Positions 29,849-38,337 of a stretch of DNA of 64,000 nt are shown here, piece after piece. The DNA lies in contig JANQQK010000039.1 of the NCBI GenBank assembly GCA_028289375.1, forward strand, positions 80,842-144,841, in the 5' to 3' direction. Each line of letters opens with the position of its first letter. Position 1 is the stretch's first letter. Both the position numbers and the translations under genes were made by a program. The DNA is from Phycisphaerae bacterium. Lineage in GTDB: Bacteria; Planctomycetota; Phycisphaerae; UBA1845. Below the pieces are notes generated by a model. That model did not search any database, was not told the DNA's origin, and saw nothing but the letters and a program-made list of their open reading frames with translations.

Positions 29849-31561
29849 ATGATCAACGGTGAGATTGCGGCGGCGTTCAATCGCATCGCCGATCTGATGG
29901 AAATCAGTGGTGAGAGCGGGTTTCGCGTCAATTCCTATCGCCGGGCAGCGCGGACGATCAAGGCCTACCCGGAGGATCTGTCCGTCGTGGCGGGCGAGGG
30001 TCGGCTGACGGATCTGGACGGGGTGGGCAAGTCGTCGGCGGAGAAGATCAACGAGTACATCCAGAGCGGCACGATTGGCGCGTTGGCAGACCTTGAGCCC
30101 GGGTCGCTGCCCGACCTGCTGCGGATTCAGGGGTTGGGGCCTAAGAAGATCGCGGTTTTGCATGATGAGTTGAGTGTCGCCAGCATCGAGGACCTGAAGT
30201 CGGCCATCGACGAGGGATCGGTTGCGTCACTGGCTGGCTTCGGGGCGCAAAGCGTCAAGAAGATCGCCGAGGGGATCGCATTCCTGGAAAAATCGGGCGG
30301 GCGGACAGCGATGGGAATCGCGTGGCCTGTGGCGGAATCAATGGCGGAGATGCTCCGTGGCTTGCCAAACGTGACGCAGGTGGAGATTGCGGGATCGCTG
30401 CGGCGTGGTGCGGAGACGATTGGCGATGTCGATCTGCTGTGCGTCTGCGACGAATCGGAGCCAGTGATGTCGGCCTTTACCGGTCAGGGCGATGTGAAGC
30501 GCGTCCTGGCGCAGGGGAGCACGAAAAGCTCGGTGACCGTCGAGATCGACAACGGGCGTGAGTTGCAGGTCGACCTGCGGGTCGTACCGGCGGAGTCGTT
30601 CGGGGCGGCTTTGCAATACTTCACGGGTTCGAAGGAGCACAACGTCCGCGTCCGCGAATTGGCAGTCAGGCGGAAGCTGAAGCTCAACGAGTATGGCTTG
30701 TTTGACGGCGACAAGCAGGTTGCGGGCGAGACGGAGGCGGGCATCTACGAAGCACTGGACCTGCCCTGCTACGCGCCGGAGATGCGCGAGGATCGGGGGG
30801 AGTTGGACCTTGACGCGTCGCCCCCACTGATCGAACTCGCCGACATCCGTGGCGATCTGCACATGCACACGACAGCCAGCGACGGCAAGTGCTCGATCGA
30901 GGAGATGGCCGAGGCGGCAAAGGAGCGTGGATACAACTACATCGTCATCACCGACCACTCGAAGAGCTCCGCCGTCGCCAACGGCCTGTCGATCGAGCGG
31001 ATGAAGCGGCATATCTCAGACATTCGGGCGGCGGATGATCGCACTAAGGGCATTCGCATTCTCGTCGGGTGCGAGTGCGACATTCTCATGGACGGGTCGC
31101 TCGACTATCCGGACGACATACTGGCTGACTGCGACATCGTGGTGGCCAGCATCCACAGCGGCATGACCGGGGCAAAGGCGAAGCCGACGGACCGTCTGCT
31201 GAAAGCGATCGACAACCGCTACGTGTCCATCGTCGGACACACCACCGGGCGATTGATCAACCGGCGACCGGCCATGGAGATCGACATGGCCAAGGTAATC
31301 CAAGCCGCTGCCGACAGTCACACGGCCATGGAGATCAATGCCTCGTGGCAGCGATTGGACCTTAAGGATCTGCATGCCCGCCAGGCGATTGACGCCGGCG
31401 TGATGCTGGCGATCGACACCGACGCGCACCACACGTCGCAACTGGATCAGATGATGTTCGGCATCCGGACGGCACGGCGTGCGTGGGCGACCAAGGAACA
31501 CGTGTTGAACACACGCACGACTGCCAGCCTGCTCAAGTGGATCGCGAAGAAACGCGGATAA
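29849..31561 (+). CDS. polX: family X DNA polymerase with C-terminal PHP domain (PolX)
   Basis: HhH motifs (LDGVGKSSAEKI, IQGLGPKKI). Pol-beta nucleotidyltransferase core EIAGSLRRGAETIGDVDLL. PHP motif GDLHMHTTASDG...ITDHS. Confidence 0.9.
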   Translation: MINGEIAAAFNRIADLMEISGESGFRVNSYRRAARTIKAYPEDLSVVAGEGRLTDLDGVGKSSAEKINEYIQSGTIGALADLEPGSLPDLLRIQGLGPKKIAVLHDELSVASIEDLKSAIDEGSVASLAGFGAQSVKKIAEGIAFLEKSGGRTAMGIAWPVAESMAEMLRGLPNVTQVEIAGSLRRGAETIGDVDLLCVCDESEPVMSAFTGQGDVKRVLAQGSTKSSVTVEIDNGRELQVDLRVVPAESFGAALQYFTGSKEHNVRVRELAVRRKLKLNEYGLFDGDKQVAGETEAGIYEALDLPCYAPEMREDRGELDLDASPPLIELADIRGDLHMHTTASDGKCSIEEMAEAAKERGYNYIVITDHSKSSAVANGLSIERMKRHISDIRAADDRTKGIRILVGCECDILMDGSLDYPDDILADCDIVVASIHSGMTGAKAKPTDRLLKAIDNRYVSIVGHTTGRLINRRPAMEIDMAKVIQAAADSHTAMEINASWQRLDLKDLHARQAIDAGVMLAIDTDAHHTSQLDQMMFGIRTARRAWATKEHVLNTRTTASLLKWIAKKRG

Positions 31562-31595
31562 CGACCGCCCGATAGACGCAAGGTCGCAAGCGTGC

Positions 31596-31638
31596 CGTAA
31601 AACGAAAGCGAACCGTGGGGTGTTCGCCCACGGTTCGC
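31596..31638 (-). terminator. rho-independent terminator downstream of the flagellin gene
   Basis: Perfect 12-bp stem gcgaaccgtggg / cccacggttcgc (31608-31638) with a 7-nt loop. On the - strand it is followed by TTTCGTTTTAC. Sits between the convergent polX and flagellin genes. Confidence 0.6.
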
Positions 31639-31682
31639 CTGCCACAGGAAGGCTCCCCTCAAAACTTTCCCGCGAAATGTCG

Positions 31683-33158
31683 TTATCCCAGAAGGGCCAG
31701 CAGCTGGCCGGCCTGCTGATTGGCCACACCCAACAGTGAGAGACCGGAGTTCACGAGCACGGTCTCACGGTTGAGGTCTGCGGTCGCCTCGGCGAAGTCG
31801 GTGTCGGCGATGACGCTTCGGACGGTGGTCAAACCAGTCTTTGTGGACTGCAGCGAGTTGATCGACGACTGAACCTGGAACTTCTGGAACGCGCCGAGTC
31901 GACCTCGCTCGGTCGCCACGTCGGTGATGGCATTCTTGATCGTTTTCAACGCCGTCGCGACATCGGAATTCAAATCGGCTGTTCCGCCACCCTTGAGATC
32001 GCTCAGGAATGCCCCGGCATCACCGCCGCCGAGGTTGTAGCTGAACAGACTGTTGAGACCGATTGTCTGACGCGTGGCGTCGGACGTTCCAAGCTGGAAG
32101 GTCGCACCGGTCGTCACGTCGACGTTGAACGTCTCGGTGTTCGATCGATTGGCGACACGTCCAAATCCGTAGTCCTCTGGAAGCGAGAACTCAAGGCTCA
32201 AGCCATTCGATGTAAAGCTGACATCGAGACCATCGACGATGGCTTCCTGTCCATTGACCGTTACCGATGCGTCGGTGCCGTTGGTCAGGTTTGTGCTGAA
32301 GATGGTCGACGTCGTGCCAGCGATGTTGTTGCGGATTGTCCCCCCGGAAAGCACCTCGATCGACACGAACTCGTCGCTTCCAAAACCTGTCGTGTCGAAA
32401 TCGATATTGTTGGTCGTGCCATTGGTCGTCGCGCTGATGCCCGTCTGTTCGGTGGCAGCGTTGACGGCTGAGATGATCTCATCGCGTGTCAGACCACTGC
32501 CCAGCGTGATCGTCGCCGTCCCCAAGGTTCCGGTGATGGCGATCTGCGTGGTGCCGCTGGTGTTGAAGTTGGTTCCGGCGGCGTTGAATGAGGTTGCAGC
32601 AAAAGCGGCAGATGCTGTTTGCGCCGACGCGGTGATCGTCGAGACGACCTGTATGTTTGAGCTGGCTTCGGAGCGCGAGAAGATTCGAAGGTTGCTGACC
32701 TTCGTGGAATCGACACCGGTGCTCGCGATGCCCAACGAACCGTCGAGCAGACGCTTCCCGTTGAACTCCGTCGTCCGAATGATTCGGTCGATCGAGTCGA
32801 TGGCAGAGTCGATCTGTGCCTGGTTCGCGGCGATCTCCGAATTGGACAAACCGCCTTCATTGGTCGACGCAGCCACGAGCGTCTCGATCTCCGTCAGCAG
32901 GTTGCTGACCTCGACGAGTGCGGACTCGGCCACGGCCAACTGCGCATCTGTTCTTTGGTTGTTGTCGATTGAAGCGTTCACGGCGGTCAGATCGGCATTG
33001 ATCGATTCAAGCGCGATCAGACCAGCGGGGTTGTCCGACCCCTTGTTGATCGTCTTACCAGTGGTGAGCTGCGTGAGCAGATTGGACTGGCGAGACGTCG
33101 TCTGGTTGAGCAGATTCAACAACGTGAGGGTATTCGTGTTTGTAACTGTCAGCCCCAT
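31683..33158 (-). CDS. fliC: flagellin
   Basis: Conserved N-terminus (LLNQTTSRQSNLLTQLTTGKTINKGSDNPAGLIALESINADL) and C-terminus (ATADLNRETVLVNSGLSLLGVANQQAGQLLALLG). T/S/N/G-rich variable middle region. Confidence 0.9.
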   Translation of the reverse strand: MGLTVTNTNTLTLLNLLNQTTSRQSNLLTQLTTGKTINKGSDNPAGLIALESINADLTAVNASIDNNQRTDAQLAVAESALVEVSNLLTEIETLVAASTNEGGLSNSEIAANQAQIDSAIDSIDRIIRTTEFNGKRLLDGSLGIASTGVDSTKVSNLRIFSRSEASSNIQVVSTITASAQTASAAFAATSFNAAGTNFNTSGTTQIAITGTLGTATITLGSGLTRDEIISAVNAATEQTGISATTNGTTNNIDFDTTGFGSDEFVSIEVLSGGTIRNNIAGTTSTIFSTNLTNGTDASVTVNGQEAIVDGLDVSFTSNGLSLEFSLPEDYGFGRVANRSNTETFNVDVTTGATFQLGTSDATRQTIGLNSLFSYNLGGGDAGAFLSDLKGGGTADLNSDVATALKTIKNAITDVATERGRLGAFQKFQVQSSINSLQSTKTGLTTVRSVIADTDFAEATADLNRETVLVNSGLSLLGVANQQAGQLLALLG

Positions 33159-33377
33159 GAGCGTCTTCCTGTTCTGGCGAGAGAAACTGATTTGGAAACC
33201 TCTCGGAAACTAGAATTCGCGCATCGCGCGGTCAAACACCAATTGCAAAAAAAGTGCAGTGTCGCACACCGTTCAACACCGCGCGCGTTATTCATGGACC
33301 GACGCAGAAAAAAGTTCGTCAAGCGGCTCTTGCAGGGAACTGCGTCACCAACCGTTTCGGACTGTATTTGCAGGGTT

Positions 33378-34124
33378 TTAACGATTGTGCGGTTGTTGCG
33401 TCAATCGTTGCAGGTGATACATGGCGGCAGGCTCGCGCTTGATCAGGTGCGTCAAGTGGTAGTTGTACATGTCGAACATGCCGGACGCGACGGCTGGATC
33501 GGATTCGTCACCGGCGACCAGCGCTTCCGGTGCAACCGTTACACGTCGCTTCTCGACATGCGCACCTTCACAATCCCTACAAAGCAAACCACCCTCAAAC
33601 GACGAAATGTAAATCTCGGACGCATGGGCGATCGGCTGACGACAGGCGACACACTGATCGACGATCGGCAACAATCCCACTTCGTCCAGAAGCGTTCGTT
33701 GAAATCGGACCAGGTGCGAAAGAACGTCGTCCGCCGATGCGAGCGCGTCCAGCGTATGGACCAGCGACTCATAAACCGACGGATGCGGATCCCAATCCTC
33801 GGTCATGCGTGCGGCAACGTCCGCGATGTACTGGGCGGCGTTGAGACGATCCAGCTTCTCCCGCAATCCCACAAACGCCCGCTGCTGCTTCCATTCCACC
33901 AGTATGGCCAGCGCTTCCTGCCGCTCCTCGCGAATGGAGAGCACGATTTCCCCGGCTTCGAGGAGATCGAGTCCGGGTTTGAACTCCTTCTTTGTCGAAC
34001 GACGGATGCCCTTGGCGATCACGCGGACCTTTCCATGCGTCCGTCCGAAAACCGCCACGACCAGTGACGATTCCGAATAATCAAGGCGTCGCAGAACAAC
34101 GGCCGAGTCGTGGATGTGCGGCAT
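33378..34124 (-). CDS. recO: DNA repair protein RecO
   Basis: N-terminal OB-fold region AVVLRRLDYSESSLVVAVFGRTHGKVRVIAKG. Zinc motif CVACRQP...CRDCEG. Its start overlaps the nadD stop (TGATG). Confidence 0.85.
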   Translation of the reverse strand: MPHIHDSAVVLRRLDYSESSLVVAVFGRTHGKVRVIAKGIRRSTKKEFKPGLDLLEAGEIVLSIREERQEALAILVEWKQQRAFVGLREKLDRLNAAQYIADVAARMTEDWDPHPSVYESLVHTLDALASADDVLSHLVRFQRTLLDEVGLLPIVDQCVACRQPIAHASEIYISSFEGGLLCRDCEGAHVEKRRVTVAPEALVAGDESDPAVASGMFDMYNYHLTHLIKREPAAMYHLQRLTQQPHNR

Positions 34125-34765
34125 CAGTCCGCGCGCTCCGCAGTGAGGCCCCGATAAAGTTCGTGTTCGGCGATGTAATGACCAACGGCGTTGGGTACCA
34201 GATAGTGGATGGACTGCCCGTCGGCGACGCGTTGCCGGATATCGGTCGAACTGATGTCGATGTGCGGCGTCTGAAGTACGTTGTCACGAAGACGAGCAAC
34301 CTGCTCCGGCGTGAACATCGGATGCTGCAACTCAATATCCGGCGAGATCGAACCGCGACGGGCGGCTGTGACGATATCGCACGCGTCAACCAGTTCGGCC
34401 GCACGATGCCACGTGTGCAACTCCGCGAGCGAATCCGATCCGATGATCCAGCACAACTGCGACGGCGCGTCGGTCGCCGCGGCGAAGTGCCGCACCGTAT
34501 CCAAGGTGTACGTCGGTCCTGCCCGACGGGCATCGAAATCATCGAGGTCGAATCGCGGGTGCCCGGCGATCGCCACCCGAACCATTTCCATGCGGTGCTC
34601 GATCGTGGCAGCCAGACCCTTCGGCTTGTGCGGTGGATCGGCGCTGGGGAGGAAGATGACGCGGTCGAGGCCAAGCTGTTCACAGATGGCCTGCGCGATG
34701 ATCAGGTGCCCATGATGAATGGGGTCGAAACTGCCGCCAAAAAGTGCCACGCGCTCATCGCCCAT
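34124..34765 (-). CDS. nadD: nicotinate-nucleotide adenylyltransferase
   Basis: VALFGGSFDPIHHGH (HxGH) and ISSTDIRQR motifs. ATG at 34765 gives a typical 213 aa. The longer ORF to 34894 would leave only 20 nt to the divergent gene. Confidence 0.85.
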   Translation of the reverse strand: MGDERVALFGGSFDPIHHGHLIIAQAICEQLGLDRVIFLPSADPPHKPKGLAATIEHRMEMVRVAIAGHPRFDLDDFDARRAGPTYTLDTVRHFAAATDAPSQLCWIIGSDSLAELHTWHRAAELVDACDIVTAARRGSISPDIELQHPMFTPEQVARLRDNVLQTPHIDISSTDIRQRVADGQSIHYLVPNAVGHYIAEHELYRGLTAERAD

Positions 34766-34914
34766 CGTCTGCAGGTCGCTCCCATCTCGTCGCTTATCGA
34801 ACAGGCAGCCATCGTAATTCGCCCGAACAGGCGCTGCAAACGCGACCGAACGCATTCCGTGGAGTTGCCGCACCTCGCCATCCGATACTGCCATGAAGGA
34901 AGGCTCGCAGCACC

Positions 34915-36135
34915 ATGTCCGATCGCTCCGTTTCGTTCATCCTGGCCACGCACAACCGTTGCGACATCACGCTTAACACGCTGAATCACGTCCACGCGTG
35001 CGGGCTGCCTGTCGGCGATTTTGAAGTGTTTGTGGTGGACAATGCCTCGACGGACGGCACCGTCGACGCCATTCGCGGGACATTTCCCGACGTCCACGTG
35101 CTGCCACGCGGCGGCAACCATGGCAGTTGCGCCAAGGCATTCGCGATTGGCCGAGCACGTGGGCGATACGTTGTCTTCCTCGACGACGACTCCTACCCGC
35201 AACCCGGCAGCATCGAGCGGATGATCGATCATTTCGTGTCCGACGACACGCTTGGCTGTGCAGGCTTCACGGTGCATCTGCCCGACGGACGTCGCGAATG
35301 CAGTGCCCTGCCCAATGTGTTCATTGGTTGCGGCGCCGGGTTTCGACGCGACGCCCTGCTGAGTGTCGGCGGACTCGACGAGTCACTGTTCATGCAGGCC
35401 GAGGAATACGACCTCAGCTTTCGCCTGATCAACGCAGGCTATCATGTGCAGACATTTGATGACCTGCACGTCGAACACCTGAAGACCCCGCAGGCCCGGC
35501 AAAGTGCGCGGACGACCTATCACGATACCCGGAACAACCTGCTGCTGACCCACCGCTACCTCAGCGACAGCCAGCGATCCATCTACCTCCGCGACTGGAC
35601 GCAGCGATACCGTTGGCTGGCGGCGATCAACGATCATCGGCCAAGCTTCGTCGAGGGACGTCGAGCCGGCAACACGCGCGGTCGCCGCGAACGCATCGCC
35701 GGTCGCCACAAACAGCTATCGGACCAGGCCTTTGAGACACTCTTTCGGACACGCGAGATCCACGATCGGATGTCCGTACTGGCCGACGAAGGCGTCGAAC
35801 GCATCCTCCTCGCCGACCTCGGCAAGAACGTCCACCCCTTCGTCAACGCGGCGCGGGAATGTGGCCTGTCGATACTGGGAATCGCCGACGACCGCTTTGC
35901 CAGTGTTGGCAACGCCTATCGCGGCGCGCCATTGATCGGCATGAAAGACGCAGCCAAGTGCAAGCCCGACGCCGTGATCGTCAGCAACACGTCCCCCGTC
36001 CACGCCGCCGTCACGCGCGATCGCTGGTCGCCGTTCGCCCCGCCCGTCCATGCGTGGTTCGCTGAATCAGCCGATTCTCGCCGACACCAGATCGCTTCCA
36101 CTTGCCCCCCGATTCCTGCCGATACGTCAGCGTAA
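34915..36135 (+). CDS. family 2 glycosyltransferase with extra C-terminal Rossmann-like domain
   Basis: VSFILATHNR...FVVDNASTDGT...VVFLDDDS GT2 motifs. The last ~140 aa are alpha/beta-like (ERILLADLGKNVHPFV...DAVIVSNTSP) with no family assigned. Confidence 0.75.
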   Translation: MSDRSVSFILATHNRCDITLNTLNHVHACGLPVGDFEVFVVDNASTDGTVDAIRGTFPDVHVLPRGGNHGSCAKAFAIGRARGRYVVFLDDDSYPQPGSIERMIDHFVSDDTLGCAGFTVHLPDGRRECSALPNVFIGCGAGFRRDALLSVGGLDESLFMQAEEYDLSFRLINAGYHVQTFDDLHVEHLKTPQARQSARTTYHDTRNNLLLTHRYLSDSQRSIYLRDWTQRYRWLAAINDHRPSFVEGRRAGNTRGRRERIAGRHKQLSDQAFETLFRTREIHDRMSVLADEGVERILLADLGKNVHPFVNAARECGLSILGIADDRFASVGNAYRGAPLIGMKDAAKCKPDAVIVSNTSPVHAAVTRDRWSPFAPPVHAWFAESADSRRHQIASTCPPIPADTSA

Positions 36136-36198
36136 GCGTCGTGGCGTCTGGTTTGGTGTCAGACGGGCGACGCTGGATCGTCCGATAAGGATTCACCC

Positions 36199-37245
36199 GT
36201 GGGCAAGACCGCACTCATCACCGGCATCACCGGGCAGGATGGCTCCTACCTCACCGAATTGCTGCTCGAAAAGGGATACGAGGTACACGGCGTCATTCGC
36301 CGCTCGAGCACGTTCTCCACAGAACGCATCGAACACCTCTACCGCGATATTCACGACCCAGGATCGCGACTGCACTTACATTATGGCGACATGCTCGACG
36401 CACTCGGTATGCGCCGTCTGATCAGCGACACGCAGCCTCACGAGATCTACAACCTCGCCGCTCAATCGCACGTCCGCACGAGCTTCGATCAGCCGGTCTA
36501 CACGACCGAGTCGATTTCCATCGGCACGCTCAACCTGCTCGAAGCCATTCGCGACTATCAGGACGCCACCGGTCGCGAAGTGCGATTCTATCAGGCCAGC
36601 AGCAGCGAGATGTTCGGCAACATCCGCGAAGTCCCGCAATCCGAATCAACCCGATTCTACCCGCGCAGCCCCTATGCATGCGCCAAGGTGCATGCGTACT
36701 GGACGACCGTCAACTACCGCGAAGCCTACAACACGTTCGCGTGCAACGGCATCCTGTTCAATCACGAATCGCCACGCCGCGGCGAAACCTTTGTCACACG
36801 CAAGATCACCCGCGCCGCCACGCGCATCAAACTCGGTCGCCAAGCCAAACTCTACCTCGGTAATCTCGACGCCAAGCGCGACTGGGGATTCGCCGGCGAC
36901 TACGTTGAAGCCATGTGGCTGATGCTGCAGCAGCATGACCCGGACGATTTCGTCGTCGCCACCGGCGAGTCATTCAGCGTACGGGATTTTCTCAACGAAG
37001 CGTTCGGCTACCTGGAGATCGACTGGCAGGACCACGTCGTGATCGATCCGAAGTATTTCCGACCGACCGAAGTCAACGAGCTTCGCGGTGACGCAAGCAA
37101 GGCACGCAATCTTCTTGGCTGGAAACCGCGCGTCAGTTTCCAGCAACTCGTACGCATGATGATCGATGCGGACATGCGGCTTGCCCAACGCGAGGACGCG
37201 CTCGTCTGTGCCGGTTTTGAGGAAACGCACGCCGAATGGGAGTGA
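36199..37245 (+). CDS. gmd: GDP-mannose 4,6-dehydratase
   Basis: [43 protein letters not shown] (YxxxK). [22 protein letters not shown]. Confidence 0.92.
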   Translation: MGKTALITGITGQDGSYLTELLLEKGYEVHGVIRRSSTFSTERIEHLYRDIHDPGSRLHLHYGDMLDALGMRRLISDTQPHEIYNLAAQSHVRTSFDQPVYTTESISIGTLNLLEAIRDYQDATGREVRFYQASSSEMFGNIREVPQSESTRFYPRSPYACAKVHAYWTTVNYREAYNTFACNGILFNHESPRRGETFVTRKITRAATRIKLGRQAKLYLGNLDAKRDWGFAGDYVEAMWLMLQQHDPDDFVVATGESFSVRDFLNEAFGYLEIDWQDHVVIDPKYFRPTEVNELRGDASKARNLLGWKPRVSFQQLVRMMIDADMRLAQREDALVCAGFEETHAEWE

Positions 37246-37264
37246 CACAGGCGTCTGACGTACC

Positions 37265-38239
37265 ATGGCAGCGGAAACAACAACATTCTGGCAAGGCAAA
37301 CGCGTCTGCGTCACCGGCGGCAGTGGATTCCTCGGTCGCGTCGTCTGCAGCAAGCTCACCGAAGCTGGCTGCCGATCGGTCATGGTCCCGCGTCAGCACG
37401 ACTACGACCTTACCGATGAACGCGCCGTCGCACGCATGTACGTCGACTTCGCACCGGACCTGGTCATTCACCTGGCTGCTGTTGTCGGGGGCATCAACGC
37501 GAATCGGCAAAGCCCGGGAAGATTTTTCCACGCCAATCTCGCCATGGGCATGCACCTGATCGAACACGGGCGTCTTAACGGTGTCGAGAAGTTCGTGCAG
37601 ATCGGAACCGTCTGCTCCTACCCGAAGCACTGCCCGACGCCATTTCATGAGAACGCGCTCTGGCAAGGCTACCCCGAAGAAACCAATGCCCCCTACGGGA
37701 TTGCGAAGAAAGCACTGCTCACCATGCTGCAGGCCTATCGCGAGCAGTATGGGCTACGCGGCATCTTCGTCATGCCCGTGAATCTCTACGGCCCACATGA
37801 CAACATGGACCCCGATGCGTCACACGTGATTCCGGCGTTGATCCGCAAGTTTCACCATGCGGTCTCGGCTGGCGAACGTGTCGTGCAATGTTGGGGAACC
37901 GGCAAGCCAAGTCGCGAGTTCCTGTACGTCGATGATGCCGCCAACGCCATCCTGTTGGCCGCCGAACACTACGACGAACCGGAACCGATCAACATCGGCA
38001 CAGGGCGCGAAGTCTCCATCGCCGCCCTGGCGGAAATGATCGCACATCTGACCGGGTACACCGGTGACATCGTCTGGGACGTCGCCATGCCCGACGGGCA
38101 ACCGCGTCGCTGCCTCGACGTGAACCGGGCGGCGGAACAACTCGGCTGGAATGCGCGGGTCGATCTTCAGGAAGGCCTGCAACGAACGATCGAATGGTGG
38201 GCCCGCACCAACGCCACCGCACCCGTCGCCATTGCGTAG
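37265..38239 (+). CDS. fcl: GDP-L-fucose synthase
   Basis: VCVTGGSGFLG. YGIAKK (YxxxK). NLYGPHDNMDPDASHVIPALIRKF. Lies directly downstream of gmd. Confidence 0.9.
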   Translation: MAAETTTFWQGKRVCVTGGSGFLGRVVCSKLTEAGCRSVMVPRQHDYDLTDERAVARMYVDFAPDLVIHLAAVVGGINANRQSPGRFFHANLAMGMHLIEHGRLNGVEKFVQIGTVCSYPKHCPTPFHENALWQGYPEETNAPYGIAKKALLTMLQAYREQYGLRGIFVMPVNLYGPHDNMDPDASHVIPALIRKFHHAVSAGERVVQCWGTGKPSREFLYVDDAANAILLAAEHYDEPEPINIGTGREVSIAALAEMIAHLTGYTGDIVWDVAMPDGQPRRCLDVNRAAEQLGWNARVDLQEGLQRTIEWWARTNATAPVAIA

Positions 38240-38271
38240 ATCCTTTTTCCCACGTGCAACGCACGTCTCGT

Positions 38272-38310
38272 GAAAAAAAAAGGCCGACGCAGCTCCCGCC
38301 ACGCCGGCCT
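38272..38310 (-). terminator. rho-independent terminator (for the M16 peptidase gene; probably bidirectional)
   Basis: On the - strand: stem aggccggcg / cgtcggcct (9 bp, one G-U pair), 12-nt loop, then a T9-10 run. On the + strand the same hairpin is followed by cgatgtttt. Confidence 0.6.
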
Positions 38311-38337
38311 CGATGTTTTCAATCATGATCGCCGCGA

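Noticed and set aside
29683-31700. Genomic island or integrated element next to tRNA-Glu
   Set aside because: There is no integrase, no direct repeat of the tRNA 3' end and no compositional break that I could see. The downstream genes (polX, fliC, recO) are housekeeping.
33159-33377. Sigma54 or sigma28 promoter upstream of the flagellin gene
   Set aside because: The best GG...TGC candidate (ggtgtgcgacactgca on the - strand) has GG-to-GC spacing one nt longer than the -24/-12 consensus. No GCCGATAA-like -10 element was seen. This is too weak to call without a matrix search.
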